IMG/VR virus record: IMGVR_UViG_3300021387_000463
Location: 107,001 to 171,000 of that record
Strand: one strand, 5' to 3'
DNA: 64,000 nt
Origin: a virus
Taxonomy: Duplodnaviria > Heunggongvirae > Uroviricota > Caudoviricetes
Positions 34,468 through 43,556 of this stretch are shown piece by piece. The translations under genes and the position numbers were made by a program. Below the pieces are notes generated by a model. The model was not told where the DNA came from. It ran no database searches and worked only from the letters and a program-made list of their open reading frames with translations. Positions within the stretch are counted from its first letter, which is position 1. The number at the start of each line of letters is the position of its first letter.

Positions 34468-34821
34468 ATGGGAAAGTTTTTGCAGATGATGAGTCAGAAT
34501 GACTCAAAGGCTCTTGTAGCACGTGCGTCACAGATTAATGTGCAGGCTCAGATTGCACAGGACAATATCGTTCAGAAGCTGAAGAACGACATTGCCGAGG
34601 TAGAGATTGAGATTCAGAATCTCACCGACTTCGCACCAGACACAACTCAGTCACTCCGTCCAGGCGTGAAGGGTTGGAATCCAACCAAGTGGGCATCTGA
34701 CCTTCAGGATGCTAAGACTCGTCTTTACGAGTTGAACATCGAGCTGAAGATTGCCGAGGCTACCAAGAAGGAGTTCTTCGGTGATGACGAGGATGCAGCA
34801 CTCGCACCTGCTGAGGATTAA
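34468..34821 (+). CDS. hypothetical coiled-coil protein (117 aa)
   Basis: ORF preceded by two tandem promoter modules (34205-34250, 34345-34390). Confidence 0.55.
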   Translation: MGKFLQMMSQNDSKALVARASQINVQAQIAQDNIVQKLKNDIAEVEIEIQNLTDFAPDTTQSLRPGVKGWNPTKWASDLQDAKTRLYELNIELKIAEATKKEFFGDDEDAALAPAED

Positions 34822-34857
34822 GAACTAGCAATAGCTCTTATTACTGAGTGAAAACAA

Positions 34858-34889
34858 GGTGGGCATTCAGCCTTGAATGTCCACCTTTA
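34858..34889 (+). terminator. rho-independent terminator
   Basis: ggtgggcattca-gcct-tgaatgtccacc hairpin + tttag. Confidence 0.5.
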
Positions 34890-34969
34890 GTCTAAAAATT
34901 AGTTATTAACAAACAAACACGAAGAGACTTATGTGGAATTACAGACAACTTAGTCGCAGAGAGAGTCCA

Positions 34970-35461
34970 ATGGCTGAAATTCTTAGCCGTTGCTCTAGCA
35001 AAGCTAACATCAATCTAGTGATTTACCACCTCTCTGAGAATCATGTGGAGTGTGCGACAGTACCTGATGTGGACAAGTTCCGTCTTGGTGAGACTGCACG
35101 TACAATTAAGGCTGATTCACAGCACAATCACGCAATTCTTGCATACGACCTTGGTACTAACGAGGTTTACAAGATTGAGGATGTTCCAGAGTTGCCAGTA
35201 GCATCTGCGGTACTGCTTTGCGTAGTTACCGAGTTGATGAACGGTGCAGTTCTGCCTCGTGAGAATCAGTATGGTACTCCAGTTGCTCGTAGAACAGCAG
35301 CTCCTACAAACAACGTTGCTCGTGGAGCTAACGGACGTTTCGTAAGACAAGAGCCTCAGTTCGAGGAGACAGATGAGGAGCAAGCTCCTAGACCTACTAG
35401 AGTCGTTGACGAGGGCGCACCTGTTATTAGGGGACACCGCTTCCGTCTTGGTAAGCACTAA
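34970..35461 (+). CDS. hypothetical protein (163 aa)
   Basis: ORF; GC-richer than its neighbours. Confidence 0.5.
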   Translation: MAEILSRCSSKANINLVIYHLSENHVECATVPDVDKFRLGETARTIKADSQHNHAILAYDLGTNEVYKIEDVPELPVASAVLLCVVTELMNGAVLPRENQYGTPVARRTAAPTNNVARGANGRFVRQEPQFEETDEEQAPRPTRVVDEGAPVIRGHRFRLGKH

Positions 35462-35520
35462 AAACCAAACAAAGGTTTATCATTTCGGAGAATGGATGGT
35501 AAACCTTTTATTTTTTAAAT

Positions 35521-35593
35521 GCCCCATTAGTTCAGATGGATAGAGCATTTGTTTCCTAAACAAACTGTCACTGGTTCGAGCCCAGTATGGGGT
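35521..35593 (+). tRNA. tRNA-Arg(CCT)
   Basis: anticodon stem tttgt/acaaa with loop ttcctaa; ta-gttc-agatggata-gagc; acceptor gccccat/atggggt. Confidence 0.6.
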
Positions 35594-35610
35594 ACATAAA
35601 CTTAAGAAAT

Positions 35611-35796
35611 ATGAATAGACCGCATGAAGAAGAATTTCAGAAATACTTATGGAATATGCACTGCAATGGTGATATATTTGCTGAGTATTGGAGGCCATTT
35701 ACATACGATGAATGGTTGAGAAACGGAAAACCTATTGAAGATGGTGGAGTTAAACTAAGTGATGGTACAGAGCACTTAACCACATTCCGTTATTAA
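35611..35796 (+). CDS. hypothetical protein (61 aa)
   Basis: ORF trimmed to avoid the tRNA. Confidence 0.35.
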   Translation: MNRPHEEEFQKYLWNMHCNGDIFAEYWRPFTYDEWLRNGKPIEDGGVKLSDGTEHLTTFRY

Positions 35797-35821
35797 TACT
35801 TTTCAAAATCTATTTATATTT

Positions 35822-36124
35822 ATGAGCAAGAAACGAGGTAGAGCTTACAGAAGGTGGAAGACCTTCATAAAATATGTAGCCAAGCTTAAGGAACGCATGG
35901 GATGGTATGTAGATGACCCAAATGCACCAAGAGGACATAGGCATCCAAGCAGTTGGAAGGAACTAGATAAGGATGAAAATAACAGCTATGTTAAAATGCT
36001 CAAGAAAACATCTACAAAGTGGTCTTCTAAATGGGAAGATGCATATGACAATTTACGCATCAAAAAGCTCCGTAGAGAGGATAAAACCCTAATAGACGAA
36101 GAGTTGAGGGGAAAAGAAGAATAA
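35822..36124 (+). CDS. basic hypothetical protein (100 aa)
   Basis: ORF. Confidence 0.45.
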   Translation: MSKKRGRAYRRWKTFIKYVAKLKERMGWYVDDPNAPRGHRHPSSWKELDKDENNSYVKMLKKTSTKWSSKWEDAYDNLRIKKLRREDKTLIDEELRGKEE

Positions 36125-36475
36125 TCGTCTTAAAATTGAATTCTCATGATTATTTGCAACGAAACTTGCCAACTATACTACAAATGTGATTGTAGGAACT
36201 TACGCCAAAGATGTGTCTTTGATATGGGTATTCCTTTTGACAAGGAAGAGGATGATGATGAATTCATTGATAGGCTTACTTATTGAAAGTAACGATAAAA
36301 GTCTTAGGATTGAGATATAAACAAATATAATGATTAAAATTAATGAATGATAGAATAATAAAATTAATGTAGAGGTTTATATCGATTTCCGTTTGTTTCA
36401 CCTACTTACACGTGGAGAGATTGGGAAGCATGGACTTCGTGGCTAATGTGGCAGCATTAGCCATTTAAAGAGAAA

Positions 36476-36754
36476 ATGTTGTGTAAACTAAATATAAACG
36501 TTATGTTAAAACTTATTTCAAAAGCACTATTGCCCATTGCAATGATATTTGCGGCTTTATTTGGAGCTTCATGGGCTGAAGGATGCCCTCAGTATTGGTA
36601 CATCGTTGGTATTGTGATTCTCTTCTTAATGAGTTGTGCAATAGACTATGTTATAGATAAGTTAGGTAGTGTAGAGTTCTACAAGAACTGTGGATTATCT
36701 ATGTGGGAAATGACTAAGAAAATAAATAATAAAAAGAAAGGAAAAGTAAAATGA
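36476..36754 (+). CDS. small membrane protein (92 aa)
   Basis: 2-3 TM helices; ATGA overlap with the next gene. Confidence 0.5.
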   Translation: MLCKLNINVMLKLISKALLPIAMIFAALFGASWAEGCPQYWYIVGIVILFLMSCAIDYVIDKLGSVEFYKNCGLSMWEMTKKINNKKKGKVK

Positions 36755-38058
36755 AGAAAATTGTTTTATTTATGCTTGCAATGATTGCTTTTGGTTCTTG
36801 TTCAAAGCATGATTTTGCAGAGTATTCTTACGCTGAACAGCAGAAGGATAAGTTCGAGTCTGCATTTGTTGAGGAGTTCGGAACACCAGCTTCTGACCAA
36901 GATTGGGGTTTTGACAACGTAACATTGTTTGACTACACGCAAGCAAGTACACGTGGCCATGATGTGAATCGTAATCAGTGGCAAGGAAAATACATTATTC
37001 CTGCAAATGTAACTGCTGAAGAAGAGCAAGCTGTTCTTGACAAACTTGCAGAAGGTTCTGGTGACAGAGATTCTAAGATGATTGAGGATTGGCCTAATTT
37101 CTTTGTTTACCATGTTCATAAGGGAACAGATGTTTATTACGACCATGCTGGACAAAGCATTGGCGTTGCATCAGACCATATGAATCACTTACAAGCAGTG
37201 TTCCCAGATGGTACAATGGACCATATCAACGACTTCAACAGTGGTCAGCAGAATGCTAATTGGTGGACGATTGAGGGTGCAACTCTTATGTTGAATTCGT
37301 CAACATCAGATTTCGCTTACCACAATTCAACCGACAGCAAATATCATAACAACTATGTTGTGATTGATGGTGCTACTATTGGTTATCCTGGTTTCTATTA
37401 CATTTGTTTCGATTTTTTGGCAAATGGTGACATTGAGCAGCCTAGCAACAAGAATATGGGTGTTGATAGAAACTACAACTACACTGATTGGATTATTCGT
37501 ATTAGTCCAGCTGTTTTTGATATGACTGGTGCTGTTCGTATTATTGCTGAAGACTTGGGTGCTGACCAAGGAAGTGACTTTGACTACAATGATGTTGTAT
37601 TCGATGTAAAGCTTGCTAATGATTGGGATGCATCTTGGGGTTCAAATGGAGATAACAGACTTAAGGCTTATATAACACTACGTGCAGCAGGTGGTACTCT
37701 TCCTCTTACAGTGGCTGGGGTTGAGGTACACAGCAAGTTTGGCGTTGCCGCAAACCATATGCACAATACAAATGCTTATGGCGAAGGAATCAATTATAAC
37801 AGTGGCGTTAGTTTCGTAGCAGACCTCGGTCCTGCTGAATGGAACTTACAAGGAAGTGACATTGCTAAGAATCTTATTCCTATTGTCGTAACATACAAGA
37901 ATGGAGAGACAGCAACTCTTAGCTGCGAGACTGGTAAAGCTCCAGAAAAGATTTGTGTTAAGCCTGATTTCAAATGGCAAGAGGAATACATCAACATTAG
38001 AAAGAAGTATCCTTTGTTCTCTGCTTGGGTTCTCGACAAAACTGTTAATTGGCAGTAA
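36751..38058 (+). CDS. lipoprotein, paralog A (435 aa)
   Basis: signal peptide + lipobox FGSC; shared motifs DFDYNDVVFDV and KICVKPDFKWQ with 38111-39355. Confidence 0.6.
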   Translation: MKKIVLFMLAMIAFGSCSKHDFAEYSYAEQQKDKFESAFVEEFGTPASDQDWGFDNVTLFDYTQASTRGHDVNRNQWQGKYIIPANVTAEEEQAVLDKLAEGSGDRDSKMIEDWPNFFVYHVHKGTDVYYDHAGQSIGVASDHMNHLQAVFPDGTMDHINDFNSGQQNANWWTIEGATLMLNSSTSDFAYHNSTDSKYHNNYVVIDGATIGYPGFYYICFDFLANGDIEQPSNKNMGVDRNYNYTDWIIRISPAVFDMTGAVRIIAEDLGADQGSDFDYNDVVFDVKLANDWDASWGSNGDNRLKAYITLRAAGGTLPLTVAGVEVHSKFGVAANHMHNTNAYGEGINYNSGVSFVADLGPAEWNLQGSDIAKNLIPIVVTYKNGETATLSCETGKAPEKICVKPDFKWQEEYINIRKKYPLFSAWVLDKTVNWQ

Positions 38059-38110
38059 ACTATCAACAGCCACACTGTACCCCCACAAGGGGACAATGTG
38101 GCTTTAATAT

Positions 38111-39355
38111 TTGTTTAATATGCATAGAATCTTATATTATATCATATTATTGGCTGTATTTATCTCTTGTGAAAAGCAAATGACTATATCACAAGAGTCT
38201 CAAAACATATCTAGTTATAACGAAGACTTTAGGAATAAAGTTGGAAATCCTAGTGGTTCACAAGAATGGGGAGATTGGTGTCTTCACATTCCGTCATTCA
38301 CTAGGTCTGTTAATAGCGATACTACAACATGGGATAGATACAGAGAAGTCACATATCCATCTGATGAAGATATAAACGATATTATATCTACGTTTAATGA
38401 ATACTATGATGGTATTAATATGGTAACATTACCAGAAGGGGATTATTGGGTTAAAACAATATATAAGGATACTTTACACCTTTATATATCTCCAGATTGG
38501 CATGGTGCTTGGTTTTATGCATATGAGAAAATGCCTACTATAAGCGTATATAGTCAATCTGAGAAAAGATATGAACCAATAGAAGGTATTGATTCATTAG
38601 TTCTCATTGAAAACCTTGATGAATATGATAGTATAATGCCTCAATTCGCATATTTCAATGAGTTATACAGTGAAAATCATTTTGAACAAAGAACTATTGA
38701 ATACAATGGTATATACTATGTTGGATTTGATTTTTACGCTGATGGCTTTATAGAGGGTGGTGGAGACGATTACTTTATCATGAATGTTGTAGAAAGAGAC
38801 TACATATATCGTGATATGATAATCATGTTAATACCAGCATATAAATTAGGACAAGAAGAGGTGTATGATGAAAAAAGGGTAATGTGCGAAGATTTGTCAA
38901 ACAATCATGATTTTGATTTCAATGACCTTGTATATGATGTTGCTATCGTCAAATTAGATGACGTTCTAAAGACTAAAATCACAGTGCAAGCAGTTGGTAC
39001 AAATCAATCGATAATAATAGCCACTAAGGAGGCACATGAATTATTCGGTACACAAGAGGCAATTATTAACACTAACCCAAGTATGCCTAGAAGAGAACCA
39101 CAGTCTTTCTATATTGATGAAGTTATAGAGGATATAAGGGATATTGAAGTCTCTACATTTTACAATAACAAAATCTACTTTCTTGGAAATGAAAAGGGAG
39201 AACCAACACAGAGAATATGTGTAGATACTAACACAAAATGGGGAAATGAAGGATATGTTTTCTGGATAACTTATCCTAGATTTAAGGAATGGGTCAGCGA
39301 CCCTTCAGTTACTGATTGGGAAAAATATTGCAATACCGAGCTTGTTTTTAAATGA
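38111..39355 (+). CDS. lipoprotein, paralog B (414 aa)
   Basis: signal peptide + FISC; DFDFNDLVYDV and RICVDTNTKWG. Confidence 0.6.
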   Translation: MFNMHRILYYIILLAVFISCEKQMTISQESQNISSYNEDFRNKVGNPSGSQEWGDWCLHIPSFTRSVNSDTTTWDRYREVTYPSDEDINDIISTFNEYYDGINMVTLPEGDYWVKTIYKDTLHLYISPDWHGAWFYAYEKMPTISVYSQSEKRYEPIEGIDSLVLIENLDEYDSIMPQFAYFNELYSENHFEQRTIEYNGIYYVGFDFYADGFIEGGGDDYFIMNVVERDYIYRDMIIMLIPAYKLGQEEVYDEKRVMCEDLSNNHDFDFNDLVYDVAIVKLDDVLKTKITVQAVGTNQSIIIATKEAHELFGTQEAIINTNPSMPRREPQSFYIDEVIEDIRDIEVSTFYNNKIYFLGNEKGEPTQRICVDTNTKWGNEGYVFWITYPRFKEWVSDPSVTDWEKYCNTELVFK

Positions 39356-39413
39356 AAGCAACATTATATTTATTATATACATGGGTAAATAATAAGTATA
39401 AAGGTAAGACAAA

Positions 39414-40010
39414 ATGATAATCGGTTCAACTAACTCCTTAACATATAGCCGCCCAAGCAGTTGGTGGCACAATATGCTATGGTGGCGTACTAGACACCAA
39501 GAAGTAGACTATGAGCTACAATATAGGTTCTATGGTGTAAGATTATTCGAATTCAAATTATACGTAAACAAGAATAAACGAATAGTAGTTAGAAGTGAGA
39601 ATGCGATATACTCTATATTCTCATTCTATGAGATATTGGATTTCTTCAATAAGATGGGTGATGTAACTCTTTTAATTACTCTCAATGAAACACTTGATGA
39701 ATACATGTTGGATTATAATCATGCGATTGAGAAGAAGTTTATAGAATCTTGTCGTATTATGGAAACCATCTACAAAGATATAATGTTTTGTGGAGGCTAT
39801 AGAGAATATGATGAAAAGCAGTTATATGAATTTGAATGGGAAAAGAAGAATGGCATGCCTAACATACTAGCTCCAGATGACTGGTCAGTAGCATATAGAT
39901 TTGTTCAGAAATGGTGTCCATTCCTACTCAAGAAGCTCAATAGGTACTACATTAAGAAATATGAGTATTTCAAAGGATTCTTAATGCTCAGTTACGTAAA
40001 CAGACGTTAG
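39414..40010 (+). CDS. hypothetical protein (198 aa)
   Basis: ORF. Confidence 0.5.
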   Translation: MIIGSTNSLTYSRPSSWWHNMLWWRTRHQEVDYELQYRFYGVRLFEFKLYVNKNKRIVVRSENAIYSIFSFYEILDFFNKMGDVTLLITLNETLDEYMLDYNHAIEKKFIESCRIMETIYKDIMFCGGYREYDEKQLYEFEWEKKNGMPNILAPDDWSVAYRFVQKWCPFLLKKLNRYYIKKYEYFKGFLMLSYVNRR

Positions 40011-40021
40011 GAATATTTATA

Positions 40022-40141
40022 TTAGGGGATAGTGTAATGGTAACACGCTGTAATTTCCGTTACCTTTGAGGTAACATTACAGCAATCATTAGGAAAATAG
40101 CTTTTGGTGCCAGTATTGGAGGTTCGAATCCTTCTCCCCTA
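40022..40141 (+). tRNA. oversized tRNA-Gln(TTG)-like gene (120 nt) with insertions flanking the anticodon arm
   Basis: perfect acceptor tagggga/tccccta; D arm ta-gtg-taatggtaa-cac; anticodon arm gttac/ctttgag/gtaac; preceded by gtaatttccg and followed by ATTACAGCAA; T arm ggagg/ttcgaat/ccttc. Confidence 0.35.
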
Positions 40142-40148
40142 GCAAACA

Positions 40149-40234
40149 TGGCGAGGTGCCAGAGTGGACAATTGGGGCACTCTCATAAGGTGTTAGTTTC
40201 GGCTACCGTTGGTTCGAATCCAACCCTCGCTACC
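40149..40234 (+). tRNA. type-II tRNA with anticodon CAT and encoded CCA
   Basis: acceptor ggcgagg/cctcgct; D arm tg-cca-gagtggacaat-tgg; anticodon stem gcact/ggtgt with loop ctcataa; variable arm; T arm gttgg/ttcgaat/ccaac; a-cca. Confidence 0.4.
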
Positions 40235-40235
40235 A

Positions 40236-40344
40236 AGGGAACTTACAGCAAGTATAACTCGTGAAGGAATGGTCTACTTGAAAGTCTAAAAAACTTTTGC
40301 GCAGTTTGCGCTTGTGGGTTCGAATCCCACCGAAAATCAGTTCC
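40236..40344. repeat. TACAGCAA element copy abutting the CCA end; internal T-arm hairpin
   Basis: gggaacttacagcaa (40236-40250); gtggg/ttcgaat/cccac; complementary agttccc (40338-40344). Confidence 0.35.
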
Positions 40345-40859
40345 CTAACTTATACTTAACCATAAGGTTTTAAGTTTTTGTATTATTTTATTTTTATCGA
40401 AAGGAGCATCCAGCAATGGGTGCTCTGATTTTTTATGCAACTTGATGTAAATCAAAGGTCTGATATAAATCAAGATTGAGCGTGATTTTTATGTTTTTTC
40501 TTGGAATATTTTGGGTATTTGAGTTTTTTTTAATATCTTTGCATCGTTAATCAAAAACAGTGTGTTCGCACACAACTTAAATTGACATAGGTCAAATAGT
40601 GGTTAGTTTTTCATAAAAAATGCATTTTGAATGATTGACATTGTGGCGTTTGGTTATATATATTAAATGAAGTGCAAGACCAAATGTATGAGCAACGGCT
40701 TGGGAAATCAATAGTCTAGGCTAATTTGTAAGTAAGTGCATTGTGGTTGGGTATCGGTTAAAATTGGAGGAAGTAAGTGTACCGATTTCGGCCACAATTA
40801 ATTAAAAGTGAGAAGTAAGTAAAATAAGTAAGTGTAAAATTAAAGAAAGGGAAATTATT

Positions 40860-41234
40860 ATGAAGAAGTATTTTTTAATGTTGGTGATGTTGTTCACCAT
40901 GAGCGTATATTCATTCGCAGAGGATAATAACGCAACAGAGATTGAGCGTATCGAGAGATACAATGTTAAGGTTAATACCAAGAAATTGGCTAACTACCTT
41001 CAGTTGTCAAGTGACCAAATGGATGCTGTAGAGACAGTGGCAGACGAGTTTAGTAATGACTTGATGTTTGCAGCAGTACAAGATGGTGAGACAAGTCGTA
41101 AGGCAGTAACCAAGAACTTGATTGAGAAGAATGTTAAGTACATGTCTTACATTCTTAACAAGGTTCAGATGCATAAGTATCTTACAGTGCTTAATGCAAC
41201 TATGAACAATAGGAATATAACAGTAAACGAGTAA
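40860..41234 (+). CDS. secreted protein (124 aa)
   Basis: signal peptide MKKYFLMLVMLFTMSVYSFA. Confidence 0.5.
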   Translation: MKKYFLMLVMLFTMSVYSFAEDNNATEIERIERYNVKVNTKKLANYLQLSSDQMDAVETVADEFSNDLMFAAVQDGETSRKAVTKNLIEKNVKYMSYILNKVQMHKYLTVLNATMNNRNITVNE

Positions 41235-41513
41235 GAATTTTAAAGTGAAGTAATTTTATGAAGACAATAAAGAAGTGTTTAAGATGGTACATAAATGCGT
41301 TTGGTAACGCATACAATACAGAAAAATGCTATAGGTACTATAGATTATATTAAAATTTCTTTTCAATGGTCGGTGTTGTGAAACACTGACCATTTTATAA
41401 GTTAAACTGTGTTAATTAATTTGTTTATCTAGATTTTTTTATGTATCTTTGCATAAAGTACTAAATATATAAGATTTAATAGACAAAATATTTTTTATTA
41501 AGAGAAAATAAGA

Positions 41514-42077
41514 ATGGATAAGAAATTGGTTAACCAGCCTTGTTATGACAAAGAAGGCAATTTTATCGGATGGTTTAGCCGTTCAATGGCAGCAGCAATC
41601 TTCATCTATTGTAGAGACAAAGATGGCGATTGGTGCGTTCTTGCGTCAGAGCGAGGCGAGGAAGCTGCTGACTTTAGAGGTTTTTGGAATTGCACATGCG
41701 GTTACTTGGATTTTGGGGAAACCACCAAGGATTGCGCAATGAGGGAGCTGTATGAGGAAACTGGACTACTCATAGATGAAAAGCTAGTCAAGTTTGTGGC
41801 TTATGAGGATAGTCCAGAGGCGAATAAGCAGAATGTTACATTCCGTTTTGCAGCATTCATCGATGACGCAATTACAGACGAATTTACCTTCTCTAAAAAG
41901 CACAATGAGGGTAAGGAAGTAGGAGAAATCAAATGGATTAAGATATCAGACGTGGACAAATACATGTGGGCATTTAACCATGACAAAAGAATAAAAGAGA
42001 TTTTTGCAACTAGGGAAAAGAAACTTTCTTGGGTTGACAAAGTAAAACGTTTCATTGGCAAATTTCTTAAAAAATGA
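41514..42077 (+). CDS. Nudix hydrolase (ADP-ribose pyrophosphatase-like)
   Basis: Nudix box GYLDFGETTKDCAMRELYEETGL. Confidence 0.65.
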   Translation: MDKKLVNQPCYDKEGNFIGWFSRSMAAAIFIYCRDKDGDWCVLASERGEEAADFRGFWNCTCGYLDFGETTKDCAMRELYEETGLLIDEKLVKFVAYEDSPEANKQNVTFRFAAFIDDAITDEFTFSKKHNEGKEVGEIKWIKISDVDKYMWAFNHDKRIKEIFATREKKLSWVDKVKRFIGKFLKK

Positions 42078-42436
42078 AGTTCGAAAACATATTACCAACA
42101 ATCAGCATTGTTGAACAAGCAAGAAAGAACTCCAAATATAACACTAGGAAGAGTGCGCTTAACAAGAAATGGACTAGGTATCTCAAGAACAGAAAGCTGT
42201 TTGATGAATACATGGTGTATCTTGCAGGACACGATGCCATAGGAGTTGAACCTAAGACATATAAGCAGATTTCAAACATTTGCTATAATATGAATGGAAA
42301 ATCATTCAACGTTCCTTCAAGTTTCGGTAAACTCATCAGTGTTGATTGGGTTAATGAGTTTAAGAATTTTTTCGAGGAGAACGTTAAGTGGTACGAGTTC
42401 AAACACAAACTCTGGTTTGCAGCAAATTTTGGATAA
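42074..42436 (+). CDS. hypothetical protein (120 aa)
   Basis: ORF, ATGA overlap. Confidence 0.5.
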   Translation: MKFENILPTISIVEQARKNSKYNTRKSALNKKWTRYLKNRKLFDEYMVYLAGHDAIGVEPKTYKQISNICYNMNGKSFNVPSSFGKLISVDWVNEFKNFFEENVKWYEFKHKLWFAANFG

Positions 42437-42541
42437 TAAGCAAATTTTTATTAAAACATTTGGAATTCTCAAATATTTTGTATATCTTTGCATACTGAAA
42501 ATATAAACTAATTAAATAATAAATTAAAAAAGGATAAGAAA

Positions 42542-42715
42542 ATGAAGAAATTACTTTTTGCGTTCATTGCAACTGTAGCAATGACATTTGCAGCTTGCGG
42601 TGGTCAGACTGCATCAAATCAGACTGCAACAGATTCTGATAGTATTGCAGTAGTTGACTCTATCGACTCAATCGCAGTTGATTCTGCTGTTGTTGATAGT
42701 GTAGTTGCAGAGTAA
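42542..42715 (+). CDS. small lipoprotein (57 aa)
   Basis: promoter at ~42455-42490; lipobox FAACGG; below the ORF-track cutoff. Confidence 0.4.
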   Translation: MKKLLFAFIATVAMTFAACGGQTASNQTATDSDSIAVVDSIDSIAVDSAVVDSVVAE

Positions 42716-42800
42716 TCTAATTTAGACTACAAACACAACTTAAATAACGCTAGCTGATGGTATGGGACATATTATCAACTAGCGTTTATCTGTTTAATAT

Positions 42801-43553
42801 ATGGCAAAGAAAAATATAGCAAAATCCCAAAGGATTGGGGTTACGGAAAACGGTGAGGTTGCTTTCCACTTGGAGGCATTTGATAACCTCTATGAAGGTA
42901 ATATAATCATTACCAAAAGATTAAGCAATGGCTTGATTGATAAACTTATAGAACATCAAGACAAGATAATACTCCATCTTTCCATAACTGGTATGGGTCA
43001 AAGTCGTATTGAGCCATTTGTACCAAAGGCAGAGGAAACATATAAGAAACTCATAGAATTGCTTGAGAAGGGTTTTCCAATTACTCACGTTGTTCTTAGA
43101 GTTGACCCAATAGTCCCCACCAATAAAGGATTAGAGACTGCCCTAGGTGTTATAACAGCCTTTAGTGGACTTGGCATCAAGAGACTTAGATTCTCCTTCC
43201 TAGACAACTATAAACACGTTAAGAAGCGTTTTAAGGAGGAAGGTATAGCAGAGCTTTATGGTGGAGAATTTCACGCTCCATTGGAATTAAGACAAGAATA
43301 TGCAAAAAAGATTGAAGAAGTTGCTCACGATGGTGGTTTTGAAACAGTAGAGGCTTGTGGAGAACCTGGAATTGAAAGTGTTTCTTGTCTTTCGCAGAGA
43401 GACGTAGATATATTGGGTTTAACGGATAAGATAACTCTTGAGGGTTCAGCAGAACAAAGAGAGGGTTGTGGATGTCCAGCCAATAAATCAGAATTGTTAA
43501 GAATTAGACCACACCAATGTGAGAACAAATGTCTATATTGTTATTGGAGGTAA
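42801..43553 (+). CDS. hypothetical protein with C-terminal Cys cluster (250 aa)
   Basis: EGCGCPANKSEL...CENKCLYCYW. Confidence 0.5.
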   Translation: MAKKNIAKSQRIGVTENGEVAFHLEAFDNLYEGNIIITKRLSNGLIDKLIEHQDKIILHLSITGMGQSRIEPFVPKAEETYKKLIELLEKGFPITHVVLRVDPIVPTNKGLETALGVITAFSGLGIKRLRFSFLDNYKHVKKRFKEEGIAELYGGEFHAPLELRQEYAKKIEEVAHDGGFETVEACGEPGIESVSCLSQRDVDILGLTDKITLEGSAEQREGCGCPANKSELLRIRPHQCENKCLYCYWR

Positions 43554-43556
43554 CTT

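Noticed and set aside
2412-40344. CRISPR array interpretation of the GGAAAC...GTTTCC repeats
   Set aside because: The repeats are inverted (not direct) and the intervening lengths are highly variable (45-140 nt). The repeat sequences covary as helices, and no cas genes are present.
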